A stretch of 64,000 bases of DNA from Dehalococcoidia bacterium (GCA_965232835.1 OZ247426.1:229671-293670), one strand, 5' to 3'; counted from the first letter of the stretch, positions 40,271-50,933 are shown. Notes: generated by a model not told the origin, from the letters alone. A program made the numbers and translations.

Positions 40271-41527
40271 TTATGCCCTAGCCACGCTCTCAAGGAAGTC
40301 GTCGAGGGGGCGCGAATCTTGGGTTGAAGCGGCCATGTCCCTTATCACCACCTCGCCTCGGGAGATCTCGTCGTCTCCCAGAACGAGCACGTAGGGTATG
40401 TCAAGCGCATTGGCCTGGCGCATCTGGCCGCGCAGGCCCCTCGACCCGCTGCTGAGGATGGCCCCCACCCCGGCGCGCCGCAGCCGCACGGCCAGCTCCA
40501 GGGCAGCGGTGCGAGCGTTGTCGCCGACATTGGCCACCAGGTACTGCGGCGATGGCTCATCGGGGACCGGGACATCCCCGCGCTTGAGATTCAGGGTCAG
40601 GCGCTCGATGCCGGTGGCGAAGCCGATGCCGGGGGTTGGCCGCCCGCCCAGCTCGGTTATCAGGCCATCGTAGCGCCCTCCGCCGACGATGGTGGATTGT
40701 CCCCCAACGTCCAGCGGCTGAATCTCGAAGACCGTCCGGGTGTAGTAGTCCAGCCCGCGGACCAGACGGTGATCGACGATATACGGCAGTGCCATGGCAT
40801 TGAGGTAAGTTGACAGCCTTTCCCAGTGATCCCTGCATTCGTCGCACAGGTAGTCGGTCGACTGAGGCGCCTCGTCTCCCAGCGCGTGGCAAGTCTCCAC
40901 CTTGCAATCCAGCAGGCGCAGCGGGTTGCGGTCCAGTCGGTCCTCGCAGTCGTTGCAGAGGCGGTCGTGGTGTCCTGCGTAGTAGTCGCGCAGCCGTTCA
41001 ATGTACACCGGGCGGCAGTTGCTGTCTCCGATGCTGTTGACCAGCAGCTGAACATCGCGGAGGCCCAGGCTGCCCATCAGTTCCCAGGCCACCTCGATGA
41101 CCTCGGCGTCCACGGAAGGGTCAGCGTCTCCCAGCGCTTCTACACCGAACTGGTGGTGCTGCCGGAACCGGCCGGCCTGGGGTCGCTCGTATCGGAATAC
41201 AGGGCAGAAGTAGTACATGCGCACCGGCTGGGGCAAGTTGTGCATACCGTGCTCCAGGTAGGCGCGGCAGACCGGCGCAGTGCCCTCGGGACGCAGGGTG
41301 ACGCTGTCGCCGCCCCGGTCCTCGAAGGTGTACATCTCCTTTTCGACGATGTCCGTGCCTTCCCCGACCGAGCGGATGAACAGGTTGGAGTCTTCGAAGG
41401 CTGGAGTGTCGATGCGCCCATAGCCGAACCGGTTGGCCATCTCCACTGCTTTGGACTCGATGTAACGCCAGTATTTCTGCTCTGCGGGCAGGTGGTCAGC
41501 GGTTCCTCGGGGCGCTCGAAAGACCAA
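40271..41527 (-). CDS. hisS: Histidyl-tRNA synthetase
   Basis: RGTAD, KEMY, LRPEGTA, RYERPQAGR, VRGLDYY, GGGRYD. Confidence 0.97.
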   Translation of the reverse strand: MVFRAPRGTADHLPAEQKYWRYIESKAVEMANRFGYGRIDTPAFEDSNLFIRSVGEGTDIVEKEMYTFEDRGGDSVTLRPEGTAPVCRAYLEHGMHNLPQPVRMYYFCPVFRYERPQAGRFRQHHQFGVEALGDADPSVDAEVIEVAWELMGSLGLRDVQLLVNSIGDSNCRPVYIERLRDYYAGHHDRLCNDCEDRLDRNPLRLLDCKVETCHALGDEAPQSTDYLCDECRDHWERLSTYLNAMALPYIVDHRLVRGLDYYTRTVFEIQPLDVGGQSTIVGGGRYDGLITELGGRPTPGIGFATGIERLTLNLKRGDVPVPDEPSPQYLVANVGDNARTAALELAVRLRRAGVGAILSSGSRGLRGQMRQANALDIPYVLVLGDDEISRGEVVIRDMAASTQDSRPLDDFLESVARA

Positions 41528-41561
41528 GATGTCACTCCGTTGACAAGAATAGCTCCCTCAA

Positions 41562-41590
41562 ATTATAGGTTGGTGTCGCCCCGAATGTAA
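41562..41590 (-). promoter_or_regulatory. Sigma70-type promoter of hisS
   Basis: Minus strand TTACAT - N17 - TATAAT. Confidence 0.55.
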
Positions 41591-41594
41591 CCAG

Positions 41595-42512
41595 TTACGA
41601 ACTCGTACCGTCCTTTAGTGGGGCAAGAACGGCATAGATGAATTGATTCACGGGGGTGGGCACCCCCTCTTCCACGCCCATCCGCACCACCGCTCCGTTC
41701 AGGGCCTCCAGCTCTGTGGGCCGGCCGGCCTCGAAGTCCGCGTGCATCGAGTTTTGGAAATCTGGATAGCCTTTGATGAACTCCACTGATTGTTCCACCA
41801 GCCCCTGAGGCAGGTTGACGCCCCTCTTTCGTCCCAAGGCATCAATTTCCCGCATCGCCGCCGTGAAGAGATCGAGGCCGCGTGGTTCCCCGATGAATTC
41901 CCCGATGCGGGTTAGGGCCGCGCTGGTGATTCCTGCGATGGAGCACAGGACGACAAACTTGTTCCAGATGACCTGCAGAGGGTCGGGAGACAACTCTGCG
42001 TTGATGTCGGCGTTCTGAAAGACGTCCCGTATGGCTCCGGCGCGTTCGGTGATTCCGCCGCCTTCCTCTCCGAAGGATAGGCTGGGCGATTCTGCGACGC
42101 AGGCGACCACACCTGGAGACTCGACACTGGAGGCCGACCAGTAGGCTCCTGGCAGCACGTGTCCCGCCCCCAGGAATCCAGCGAGCTGCAGATGCGATTC
42201 CACACCGTTCTGCAGAGTGAGCACGGCGGTATCCGGCCCGACCAGCGGACGGAGGACAGGGATTGCCTGGTCGTTGTGGTAGGTCTTCACCGTGAACAGG
42301 ACGAGATCCACTGGGCCGACTGCTCCTGGATCGTCGGTGGCGGACGGGTGGACAACGATTTCGTCGCCGCCCCGCCTCAACCGGAGTCCATCGGCTCTTA
42401 TTGCATCGAGATGCGCTCCACGGGCTATGAGGGAGACGTCGTTCCCCGCCCGCGTCAGCAACGCACCAAGGCAGCCGCCGACGCCACCCGCGCCCATCAC
42501 CGCGATGCGCAT
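41595..42512 (-). CDS. panE: Ketopantoate reductase (PanE/ApbA family)
   Basis: GAGGVG, VKTY, QNGVE, WNKF, SMHAD, ELEALNG. Confidence 0.85.
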   Translation of the reverse strand: MRIAVMGAGGVGGCLGALLTRAGNDVSLIARGAHLDAIRADGLRLRRGGDEIVVHPSATDDPGAVGPVDLVLFTVKTYHNDQAIPVLRPLVGPDTAVLTLQNGVESHLQLAGFLGAGHVLPGAYWSASSVESPGVVACVAESPSLSFGEEGGGITERAGAIRDVFQNADINAELSPDPLQVIWNKFVVLCSIAGITSAALTRIGEFIGEPRGLDLFTAAMREIDALGRKRGVNLPQGLVEQSVEFIKGYPDFQNSMHADFEAGRPTELEALNGAVVRMGVEEGVPTPVNQFIYAVLAPLKDGTSS

Positions 42513-42832
42513 TACGGCTTGCCTGCGATCAAGACCACGTGATCCCGCTCTATCTCAGAACGAAATTGGTCGGGCAGCGTTGACCAGTCGTGCACATCTA
42601 CCAGGAAAGGGATGTTGGATTCTCTGAACGCCTCCGCTATGTCTCGCATTCTGTCTGGAGACAAAGCGTGGGATTCGGTGCCTCGCAGCACCAAATCCAA
42701 GTCGCTGCCAGCGTGGCTGCGCCCGTTCACCCTGCTGCCGTAAGCCCAAACCTCGAGGCCCGGAACGTGCTCATGCAGCAAGGCCTCGACCATCGTTCGA
42801 TGCTTCTCGGTAATAGCCAATCGATCAATCAT
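42512..42832 (-). CDS. Minimal nucleotidyltransferase (MNT) domain protein
   Basis: YGSRVNG....SDLDL, IPFLVDV; its stop overlaps the panE start (TAATG). Confidence 0.85.
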   Translation of the reverse strand: MIDRLAITEKHRTMVEALLHEHVPGLEVWAYGSRVNGRSHAGSDLDLVLRGTESHALSPDRMRDIAEAFRESNIPFLVDVHDWSTLPDQFRSEIERDHVVLIAGKP

Positions 42833-42956
42833 TGCAGTCGCCTTGATTTGCACTTGCGACTATTAAGGCCAGGCTCTTGGCATAATTAATAAGGTAAGGC
42901 AAAAGACGTACAAGATGGCTGGTGTCAATCATGTCTGCGTTACGGCCGCTGCTGCG

Positions 42957-44195
42957 CTAGACCTTGCCCTCAGCGGCCAGATCGGCCAGTTCTCCCTCGG
43001 ATAGACCGCCAATGGTGCTGAGGATCTCGCAGTTGTGCTCTCCCAGCAGCGGTGGCTGGCGATTGGGGGTGCCCGGAGTGCCCGCCAGACGTATGGGCGT
43101 GTTCACGGTGCGGAATATCCCACCCATATCGTTGCCGCCGTCGATGAACATGCCCCGAGCATCCAGGTGGGGGCAAGAGTCGAGATCGGACTGGTCCTGC
43201 ACCATGCCCATCGAGTAGCCGATCTCGATCAGGCGCTGCGTGACCTCGGCCTTGGGGCGGATTGCTGTCCATTCCTCGATGGCGGGAACAAAATTGCTCA
43301 TGTAGAACTCGCCGCTTATTCCCTCTCCGAGGTAGCGCGGGTCTTCAATCAAGTCCTCTCGGTCGATCAGCCTCCAGAGGTCCTTCCACTTCTCCGGCCC
43401 GCCGGCGCCGGCCAGGACGACATATCCATCACTGGCCCGGAGGGCGAGCTGAGCGCTGAGCATATTGCCGCGCTCCCGGCCTGCCACCTGCCCTGTGGCC
43501 TGGTAGAAGGGCATGGTGCTGGTCATGTGCGCCACCATGCAGTCATACATGGCCATATCGATGTACTGGCCGAGTCCGGTGCGGTGACGGCTCTCCAGTG
43601 CAAACATGATGGCCAGTGCGGTCCATACGCCCGGGACGGAGTCGCCAATGTTGTCGCCCACCATCTGAGGACCGCCTTCCGGGCTGCCCGTCACCGCCAT
43701 CCAGCCGCCCATGCCCTGGACGCAGGGGTTGTTGGCGGGCCAGTGAGAATACGGCCCCGGCGCCGGTCCCTCGGGGTCGCCGTAGCCCGTGAGACTGGCG
43801 TAGATCAGGCGCGGATTCAGCTCCGAGAGGCGGTCGTATCCCAGTCCCAATCGTCGCAGCGCACCGGGTCCCCAATTGTCCAGCAGGATGTCCGACTCGA
43901 CCACCATCCGCTCGAAGGCCTGTTTGCAGCGCTGGTCGCGCAGGTCGATGGATACGCTTTTCTTGTTGCGGTTGAGACCCAGGTAACGGGAACTGACGCG
44001 CTGTCCCTCGGGGCCGTCGATGAACGGACCGTTGCTGCGGCCCCGCTCCCCGACGCCCGGTCGCTCGATCTTGATGACCTCGGCGCCCATGTCAGCGAGG
44101 ATCATGGAGCAGAATGGCCCGGCAACTATGTGGGTCACATCCAGCACACGGAGGCCGTCGAGAGGCAGAGGAATGGTTGCAGGCTCGTTGGTCAT
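42957..44195 (-). CDS. Family III CoA transferase (CaiB/BaiF)
   Basis: AGPFCSMILADMGAEVIKIE, NRNKKS, IGDSVPG. Confidence 0.92.
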   Translation of the reverse strand: MTNEPATIPLPLDGLRVLDVTHIVAGPFCSMILADMGAEVIKIERPGVGERGRSNGPFIDGPEGQRVSSRYLGLNRNKKSVSIDLRDQRCKQAFERMVVESDILLDNWGPGALRRLGLGYDRLSELNPRLIYASLTGYGDPEGPAPGPYSHWPANNPCVQGMGGWMAVTGSPEGGPQMVGDNIGDSVPGVWTALAIMFALESRHRTGLGQYIDMAMYDCMVAHMTSTMPFYQATGQVAGRERGNMLSAQLALRASDGYVVLAGAGGPEKWKDLWRLIDREDLIEDPRYLGEGISGEFYMSNFVPAIEEWTAIRPKAEVTQRLIEIGYSMGMVQDQSDLDSCPHLDARGMFIDGGNDMGGIFRTVNTPIRLAGTPGTPNRQPPLLGEHNCEILSTIGGLSEGELADLAAEGKV

Positions 44196-44197
44196 GG

Positions 44198-44746
44198 CTA
44201 TCCCTCTGGGCTGTCGGGAGTGGCGGGAATCTGAAGGCCGAGGCCATTGTCGATGAAGCGCTTGGCGTTACGTACGTAATTGGCCGTGGGGTCCTGCAGT
44301 CGCGCTTCCTGCGCCGGGCTGAGGGGTCGGATCTGACCCGGGACCCCGATGACCAGTGAGTGTGGCGGCACATGGCCTCGGACGATGGCGCCAGCGCCGA
44401 TGAATACGTAATCGCCGACGTCGGCATTCTCCAGCAGAACGGCATTGACGCCGATCAGGACGTTGCTGCCCACCTTGCCTCCGTGGATCACGGCGCCGTG
44501 GGTCAGCAGCACGTTGTCGCCCAACTCCAGGTGGTCGTCGGTGTGCAGAACGCAGTTGTCCTGCAGGGAGCAGTTTTTCCCCACGATGATGTCGCCGTAG
44601 TCGGCCCGGATGGTTGCGTTGGGCCACACGCTGGAGCCCTCTCCGATGGTGACGTCGCCCACGATATAGGCGGCCTCACTGACGAATACCGAAGGATGAA
44701 TACTCGGGAATTTCCCGTCCAGTCCGCGAATCAATGGGTCCTCCAT
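44198..44746 (-). CDS. Gamma-carbonic-anhydrase-family hexapeptide protein
   Basis: SSVWPNATIRAD, LQDNCVLH, HGAVIHG. Confidence 0.88.
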   Translation of the reverse strand: MEDPLIRGLDGKFPSIHPSVFVSEAAYIVGDVTIGEGSSVWPNATIRADYGDIIVGKNCSLQDNCVLHTDDHLELGDNVLLTHGAVIHGGKVGSNVLIGVNAVLLENADVGDYVFIGAGAIVRGHVPPHSLVIGVPGQIRPLSPAQEARLQDPTANYVRNAKRFIDNGLGLQIPATPDSPEG

Positions 44747-44879
44747 GGCCCGGTGAGTACCGGGTATCCTTTATCTGGAACGGGTTAAAGGATACAGGGC
44801 AAGAGGCCTCGGTGCCACCATTGCAGCGGGTTTCCCGCAGTCTGGGAACCGGGTGGCTGCGCCGCGAACAAGCCTACGA

Positions 44880-45512
44880 TCAGACTCCGAAAACGCCCTT
44901 GAGTCCCTGCAGGCTGTAGTGACAGGCATAGGCGATGATGAAGAACTTGACCAGCTTTCCCAACCCAACGAATACCAAGTAACGCCAGAGCGGATATCGC
45001 AGGGCGCCAGCGGCGATGCCCGCGATATCGAACAGCGGATTCGGGACAGCTGATATCAGGAACAGAATGAGCCAGCCGCGCTTGCGCATCCAGCCCTCGA
45101 TCCGGTGATAAAAACGGCGGCGTTCGAGAACGCCGCTGCCGCTGTAGCCCAGGAAATATCCGGTGAGCTCCCCCAGTGTTCCCGCCAGACCGGCGATGAT
45201 CGCAACGGCGGCGGGATTCAGGAACGTGGATGTGGTGCAGGTGATGGCCAGGGCCGGGACCGGTATAACCAGCCCTCCGCTGGCCAGCAGCACCGATCCG
45301 GCCACCGCCGGGTAACTGAATGTGGTCCAACTGATGTAGTCGTTCAGCAGGTAGGCCGTCGCCGAAATGACGATGACGACACCCAGGATGGCGAGGCGCC
45401 CCCGCCACGTGGAAGCGAGGCCTTCGAGGAACGTGGAAACCCCAACAGCCCAGGAGTGAGGACTGGGAGTGACGGAGGCCAAGTGTTCGACGGATTCAAA
45501 TCCATCGGGCAC
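44880..45512 (-). CDS. DedA/VTT (SNARE-associated) membrane protein
   Basis: GELTGYFLG, LISAVPNPLFDIAGIAAG, GKLVK; start uncertain. Confidence 0.75.
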   Translation of the reverse strand: MPDGFESVEHLASVTPSPHSWAVGVSTFLEGLASTWRGRLAILGVVIVISATAYLLNDYISWTTFSYPAVAGSVLLASGGLVIPVPALAITCTTSTFLNPAAVAIIAGLAGTLGELTGYFLGYSGSGVLERRRFYHRIEGWMRKRGWLILFLISAVPNPLFDIAGIAAGALRYPLWRYLVFVGLGKLVKFFIIAYACHYSLQGLKGVFGV

Positions 45513-45571
45513 TGCGGGACCTTCGACGCCGGTTCCGCCATCCGGCGGGACGTCAATTGGCTGTACGATAT

Positions 45572-46483
45572 TCAGGAGCCTTGGGCGCTCCGGCAGGAAA
45601 CGGGACCGGCCGGTGCGGAATCGGGCGATGACCGCCCCGACAGGAAACTGGTGAGGATTTCGTTGAATTCCTCCGGTTTCTCCATGTGTGGCCAGTGCCC
45701 GCACTCCGGCATTACATGCACCGTACTCGCAGGCGCCACCCTGTGGACGTCCTCTACACTTATCGGCGGGATGACCAGGTCCTCTTCTCCCCAGACAGCC
45801 AGGAGCCGGTCATTCAGTTGTCCCAGCCTGTTCAGGATCTGGTGCTCAGGTCTCAATCCCAGCAGATTAATGCCTGACCGTACCGATTGGAGCATGACGT
45901 GCGGTCCGTGAGGAAGGCAACGCACTCGTACCATTTCCGGAATAATTTCTTCGAGGAACTCCGGTGGGCGGTGGAAGATCCGCTTAATCAGGGCATCCTT
46001 GCCAATCATCTGGGGCTTGTAGACCAGTTCTCCAACCACCGGAATTGAGATCAGCCGGAGGGGCCATGACACTCTCTTGCCCAATCCGGCTGATCCAACC
46101 AGGGCTACATTCTCTACCCGGTCGGAGTATTCCAGGGCCGTTACTCCGGCTACCAGCCCTCCCGCCGAGTTGCCGACCACGGAAAACCGGTCGAACCCCA
46201 TTTCGTCGGCAAATTCAACCAGAAAATCCGCGGCGCTCTCCGGAGAGTAGCCGCGATCCCCTGCTACCTCCGACCCACCATAACCGGGAAGATCGATTGC
46301 AATGGCCTGGAATCCGGCGCTGGCCAGCGCGTCAATGTTCCGGCACCAGGTGATCATTGAGGTGGCAAGACCGTGCACCATGAGCACGGGCGGCCCCTCC
46401 CCGGCAGTCGCGTAGCGGACTCTTATACCGTCCACGATAATATCGTCGATTCGTGCCTGCTTCATCAACGCCGTTGCTGTCAT
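45572..46483 (-). CDS. Alpha/beta-fold hydrolase
   Basis: HGL, DLPGYG, GNSAGG, WGEED, CGHWPHMEKP. Confidence 0.88.
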   Translation of the reverse strand: MTATALMKQARIDDIIVDGIRVRYATAGEGPPVLMVHGLATSMITWCRNIDALASAGFQAIAIDLPGYGGSEVAGDRGYSPESAADFLVEFADEMGFDRFSVVGNSAGGLVAGVTALEYSDRVENVALVGSAGLGKRVSWPLRLISIPVVGELVYKPQMIGKDALIKRIFHRPPEFLEEIIPEMVRVRCLPHGPHVMLQSVRSGINLLGLRPEHQILNRLGQLNDRLLAVWGEEDLVIPPISVEDVHRVAPASTVHVMPECGHWPHMEKPEEFNEILTSFLSGRSSPDSAPAGPVSCRSAQGS

Positions 46484-46570
46484 TCGTCGATGCCTGTGAT
46501 CCTCAAGTGGCCCGGACTGAGATTCACCCTCCGGGCCACGACAGTTTACACCAGCTATGATTTTACTTGG

Positions 46571-49045
46571 TCAGGCCAGTGCCGCTTCGAGACGCTCGTC
46601 TTCCCTGGCGCCAGGTGGCTCCTGCCGGGTCAGGGACAGGCCTTCAGGTCCTGAGTCCACAATAACGTGGGATCCCGGCTCCACTTCTCCAGATAGCACC
46701 ATCCTGGCCAAAGGGTTCTCCAGTTGTCGCTGTATTGCCCTCCGAAGAGGGCGGGCGCCGTACACTGGGTCGAACCCCTCTCTCGCCAGCCACACCTCCG
46801 CCGCCTGGGTGAGCTCAAACGCGATCTCCCGCTCGGCGATACGGTCTTGCACATCCCGGACCATCAGCCCCACTATCTGGATAATCTGGTCCTGGTTCAG
46901 CGGGTGGAAGATGATAGTGTCGTCGATGCGGTTCAGGAACTCCGGGCGGAACGCCCGCTTAAGAGCGGTATCGACCGAACTCCTGAGTTCGCGCATTTCG
47001 TCCTGCTCGTCCTTGCCGTCGGCACGGAATCCGAAGGGCTGGCGCCGCAGTCCCTCCGTCCCCAGATTGCTGGTCATTATAATGACGGTGTTCCGGAAAT
47101 CAACGGTACGTCCTTGCCCATCCGTGAGACGGCCGTCCTCCAGGATCTGCAGCAGGATATTGAACACGTCCGGGTGGGCCTTTTCGATTTCGTCGAACAG
47201 CAGCACCCGGTAGGGCCGGCGCCGGACTGTCTCGGTCAGCTGGCCTCCCTCGTCGTAGCCGATGTACCCCGGAGGAGCACCCACCAGCCTTGAAACCGTG
47301 TGGCGTTCCATGTATTCGGACATGTCGATCCGGACCATGTTCGTCTCGTCGTCGAAGAGAAACTGCGCCAGCGCCTTGGCCAGCTCCGTTTTCCCCACGC
47401 CCGTCGGCCCGAGGAAAATGAAGCTACCGATGGGACGGCGGGGATCACTCAGACCGGAGCGAGAGCGCCTGATGGCCTCGGAAACGGTAACCACGGCCTC
47501 GTTCTGCCCGACAATTCTCTGGTGAAGGTCTGCCTCCATGTGGACCATCCGCTCTGCTTCGCCCTCCAACAGGCGGCCGACGGGTATGCCGGTCCACTCG
47601 GAAACCAGTTGCGCGATGTGCATTTCATTCACCTCGCGTTCGGTTTCCTGCCCATTGGCCTGATTCTGGCGTTCGGCGTTGTACTCCTGCTGCAAGCGCA
47701 GCCGCTCCGAACGGAACTCCGCGGCACGCTCATATTCGGAGCGCTCAGCCGCCGCGACCTCCTCGTCTGAGAGGTAGCGGATACGCTCCTCCCTGGCCTT
47801 GAGGTCGGGAGGCAGGATCTGTTCGTCGATGCGCAGCTTGCTGGCGGCCTCGTCGATGAAGTCGACCGCCTTGTCGGGCAGCTGCCTGCCGGTGATGTAG
47901 CGATCGCTGAGCTTTGCGGCGGCCACCAGGGCGGCGTCGTTGATGTCCACCTTGTGATGGGCCTCGTACCTCGGCCGCAGCACCTTCAATATTTCGACGG
48001 TGTCCTCGACCGACGGCTCATCGAGGAAAATGGGCTGGAAGCGACGTTCCAGAGCCGAGTCCTTCTCGATGTATTTGCGATATTCGTCGAGGGTCGTCGC
48101 GCCGATGCACTGCATCTCCCCCCTGGACAGGGCGGGTTTGAGCATGTTGCTGGCGTCCACCCCGCCCTCGCTGCCGCCGGCGCCGACCATGGTGTGCAGC
48201 TCATCCAGAAACAGGATGACCTCGCCGCCGGCCTCCTTGACTTCGTCGATGACCGACTTGAGCCTTTCCTCGAATTCACCGCGGAACTTGGAGCCAGCCA
48301 CCATGGCAGGCAGGTCCAGGGCCATCACGCGGCGGTTATCCAGCGAATCGGGGACATCGCCGTTTGCGATGCGCTGGGCCAGGCCTTCCGCTATGGCGGT
48401 CTTGCCCACGCCGGCCTCGCCGATGATGACGGGGTTGTTCTTGCGCCGCCGGGTAAGCGTCTGCATCACCTGCCTGATTTCCAGATCACGCCCCACGACG
48501 GGGTCAAGCTTCCCTTGCCTCGCCATTGCGGTCAAATCGATGCTGAACTTCTCCAGCGAACCGTACCGGCTTTCCGCATCGGGGTCGTCGACCCTGTGGC
48601 TGCCTCGCACCTGGGTCAAGGCCCGGTACACCCGCTCGCGGTCGATACCATGGGCCCGCAGGATCGCAGCGGACACGCCCTGGGGTTCCGATACGGCAGC
48701 GACAAAAAGGTGCTCGGCGCCGATGAACTCGTCGTTCAGGCGGCCCGCCTCCTCACGGGCGGTGTCCATCAGCCGCTGCGCCCGAGGCGTGGGGTAAATC
48801 TGGTTGGCCTCATGCACCAGCCTGGGAGCCGATTCCAATGCCCGGTACAGTTCCGCGCGTATGCTGTCCGATGGCGCGTTCAACTCTTCCAGGATGCGAG
48901 ACGGGACTCCGTTCTCCAGCTCCAGGAGTGCCAGGAGAATGTGCTCCACGTCCCACTGGTTGTGGCGGTGGCGGCGCACCAGCTCCTGTGAGTTTTGCAG
49001 CACCTGTCGTGCCTGGTTAGTGAAGTCCTTATTCTGCGAAGTCAT
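46571..49045 (-). CDS. clpC: Hsp100/Clp ATPase with two AAA+ domains (ClpB position, ClpC-like features)
   Basis: Clp-N repeats, [16 protein letters not shown], short UVR-like middle domain, PFGF loop; clpB vs clpC assignment uncertain. Confidence 0.75.
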   Translation of the reverse strand: MTSQNKDFTNQARQVLQNSQELVRRHRHNQWDVEHILLALLELENGVPSRILEELNAPSDSIRAELYRALESAPRLVHEANQIYPTPRAQRLMDTAREEAGRLNDEFIGAEHLFVAAVSEPQGVSAAILRAHGIDRERVYRALTQVRGSHRVDDPDAESRYGSLEKFSIDLTAMARQGKLDPVVGRDLEIRQVMQTLTRRRKNNPVIIGEAGVGKTAIAEGLAQRIANGDVPDSLDNRRVMALDLPAMVAGSKFRGEFEERLKSVIDEVKEAGGEVILFLDELHTMVGAGGSEGGVDASNMLKPALSRGEMQCIGATTLDEYRKYIEKDSALERRFQPIFLDEPSVEDTVEILKVLRPRYEAHHKVDINDAALVAAAKLSDRYITGRQLPDKAVDFIDEAASKLRIDEQILPPDLKAREERIRYLSDEEVAAAERSEYERAAEFRSERLRLQQEYNAERQNQANGQETEREVNEMHIAQLVSEWTGIPVGRLLEGEAERMVHMEADLHQRIVGQNEAVVTVSEAIRRSRSGLSDPRRPIGSFIFLGPTGVGKTELAKALAQFLFDDETNMVRIDMSEYMERHTVSRLVGAPPGYIGYDEGGQLTETVRRRPYRVLLFDEIEKAHPDVFNILLQILEDGRLTDGQGRTVDFRNTVIIMTSNLGTEGLRRQPFGFRADGKDEQDEMRELRSSVDTALKRAFRPEFLNRIDDTIIFHPLNQDQIIQIVGLMVRDVQDRIAEREIAFELTQAAEVWLAREGFDPVYGARPLRRAIQRQLENPLARMVLSGEVEPGSHVIVDSGPEGLSLTRQEPPGAREDERLEAALA

Positions 49046-49087
49046 ATTCGTCCCTCCTTACAAGGGATTGGGAATACAAATGCGGCG

Positions 49088-49432
49088 TCAGGAGCCTCGA
49101 ACTCCCTGCCGCCTACCGTTCTGCCTGAGAACCGCAATGTTCTCCTGAAGTTCCGCCACCTCTCGCTCCAGTTCCTCGACCCTTTCCATCAGCTTGAGGG
49201 CGATCTCTGCGCCCGCCAGGTTGACGCCCATGTCCTCGGTCAAAGTCCTTACCCGCCTGATGCGCTCGATGTCCGCCATAGAATACATGCGCTGTCGTCC
49301 CGAGGTGCGGGAGGGCCAGATCAACCCCTGCCGTTCGTAGTGTCTCAGCGTCTGGGCGTGTACACCCACGATGCGGGCTGCCACGCTGATGACGAAGCAG
49401 GGCTCCTCTCGCAGCCGTCCGTCTCCAGTCAT
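49088..49432 (-). CDS. hspR: HspR-like MerR-family heat-shock regulator
   Basis: ISVAARIVGVHAQTLRHYERQGL..PSRT...RMYS, GVNLAG. Confidence 0.9.
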   Translation of the reverse strand: MTGDGRLREEPCFVISVAARIVGVHAQTLRHYERQGLIWPSRTSGRQRMYSMADIERIRRVRTLTEDMGVNLAGAEIALKLMERVEELEREVAELQENIAVLRQNGRRQGVRGS

Positions 49433-49490
49433 CTCTTCGCTCCTTTGCGTACGTCGATGGACCGCACTCCAGTCCAGCTATGGGTTAAGA

Positions 49491-50387
49491 CTAATGCGTC
49501 TCGCTGGCCACAGGGCGGTCATTCCGCAGTTCCCGTATCTTCTGAAACAACTCCACTTCCTCATCCGATAGGTTAGTGGGCAGGCGCAACTTCGCCGTAA
49601 CGAAGAGGTCGCCTCGGCCACCACCGCCCGAAAGAGACGGCATGCCCAGCCCGGACAGCCGGAAGCGGCGTTCGTTGGGCGTGAGCGGCGGCACAGTCAG
49701 CGCGACCTGGCCGGTCAGGGTCGGTGCTCGGATCTCGGCACCCAATACTGCGTCGTCCACCGGCAGGTCAACGTCCACGAACAGGTCCCGTCCCTCCCGC
49801 CGGAATATCGCGTGTTCGGCCACCGAGACCACCAGGTAGTAGTCCGTGCCCTGGGGGCCATCGGGGGCTATATGCACCCGTGAGCCGTTATCCACTCCGG
49901 AGGGGATTTTCACCTCGAGGTTGCGGCCGTCCTGAGCTCGGAGAGTGCGTGTCGTCCCGCGAAAGGCTTCCTCCAGCGAAATCTCGGCGTGGTACTCGGC
50001 AGGCGGAGGCCGCCAGGACCGGGCACCGGCCGCGCGGGCGCCAAAGAGATTGCCGAATATGTCCTGCATCCCTGGACCGCCAAAATCTGAGAACCCGCCA
50101 TCACCGTTGGAATATGTCCAGCGCACACCACCCCCCGGCGAGGGCCCGGCCTGCTCGTACTGGTCGGCGTGCTTCCAGTTGTCTCCGTAGCGGTCGTACT
50201 TCTTTCTATCCTCCTCGTCGGAGAGGACACTGTAGGCTTCGTTGATCTCCTTGAATTTTTCTTCGGCGGCAGCGTCGTTCTTGTTGACGTCGGGGTGATA
50301 CTGCCGAGCCAGGCGTCGATACGCTTGCTTGATATCCTTTTCGGAGGCGTCCTTGCCGACGCCGAGCACGTCATAGAAGTTACTCAT
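49491..50387 (-). CDS. cbpA: DnaJ-class (CbpA-like) co-chaperone without Zn finger
   Basis: J domain with HPD, YDRYG, KIPSGV, GRGDL. Confidence 0.88.
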   Translation of the reverse strand: MSNFYDVLGVGKDASEKDIKQAYRRLARQYHPDVNKNDAAAEEKFKEINEAYSVLSDEEDRKKYDRYGDNWKHADQYEQAGPSPGGGVRWTYSNGDGGFSDFGGPGMQDIFGNLFGARAAGARSWRPPPAEYHAEISLEEAFRGTTRTLRAQDGRNLEVKIPSGVDNGSRVHIAPDGPQGTDYYLVVSVAEHAIFRREGRDLFVDVDLPVDDAVLGAEIRAPTLTGQVALTVPPLTPNERRFRLSGLGMPSLSGGGGRGDLFVTAKLRLPTNLSDEEVELFQKIRELRNDRPVASETH

Positions 50388-50492
50388 GGCAACACCACCA
50401 AGCACACAGAGTCATGAGGACAAACAAGTTGGGCACAGGATGCAATCGCTAGAATTGATGCTCTTAGCATTGTGTAATTGTAAAGTAATCCC

Positions 50493-50522
50493 ATTATAAA
50501 ACTTGATAGTAATACTATCAAT
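50493..50522 (-). promoter_or_regulatory. Sigma70 promoter of cbpA-hspR-clp overlapped by a HAIR-like palindrome
   Basis: Minus strand TTGATA-N17-TATAAT; perfect IR TTGATAGTA-A-TACTATCAA (50503-50521). Confidence 0.75.
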
Positions 50523-50820
50523 ATCTGGGATCCCTTCCCATTGATACAGCATTAAAAATGCAACGGTATTGCAGGGCGATTCACTGCTGGAATTGACCCT
50601 CCACTCTTGGGGTATGCCACTTCCTTCGTCGCTGTGGACCCACGGTCTCGTCGAGGTCGCGCGAGGCCGCTGGCTCTCGTGGTTCCATCCCGGTAGGGCC
50701 ACTAGAAACGGATCAACGGGACCGCCGGACCGAGGAGGGAAAAGTCGCGGTTGAGCAACCCTGCTGCAGGTGATACAATTAAATTCTACAAAGTCGGTCG
50801 TGCGATTCGGCCGCGAACGA

Positions 50821-50895
50821 TCCCCGATAGCTCAGCGGTAGAGCGGGCGGCTGTTAACCGCTAGGTCGTAGGTTCGAATCCTACTCGGGGAGCCA
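50821..50895 (+). tRNA. tRNA-Asn (GTT)
   Basis: TCCCCGA/TCGGGGA acceptor stem, GTT anticodon, GGTTCGAATCC T-loop, encoded CCA. Confidence 0.97.
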
Positions 50896-50933
50896 CAGCT
50901 ACAAAATGGGCGTCCAGAGTCGGCAAACTATGG

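Noticed and set aside
50540-50815. Possible ncRNA between the heat-shock promoter and tRNA-Asn
   Set aside because: GC-rich with short stems, but no recognisable family motif; not supportable without a covariance search.
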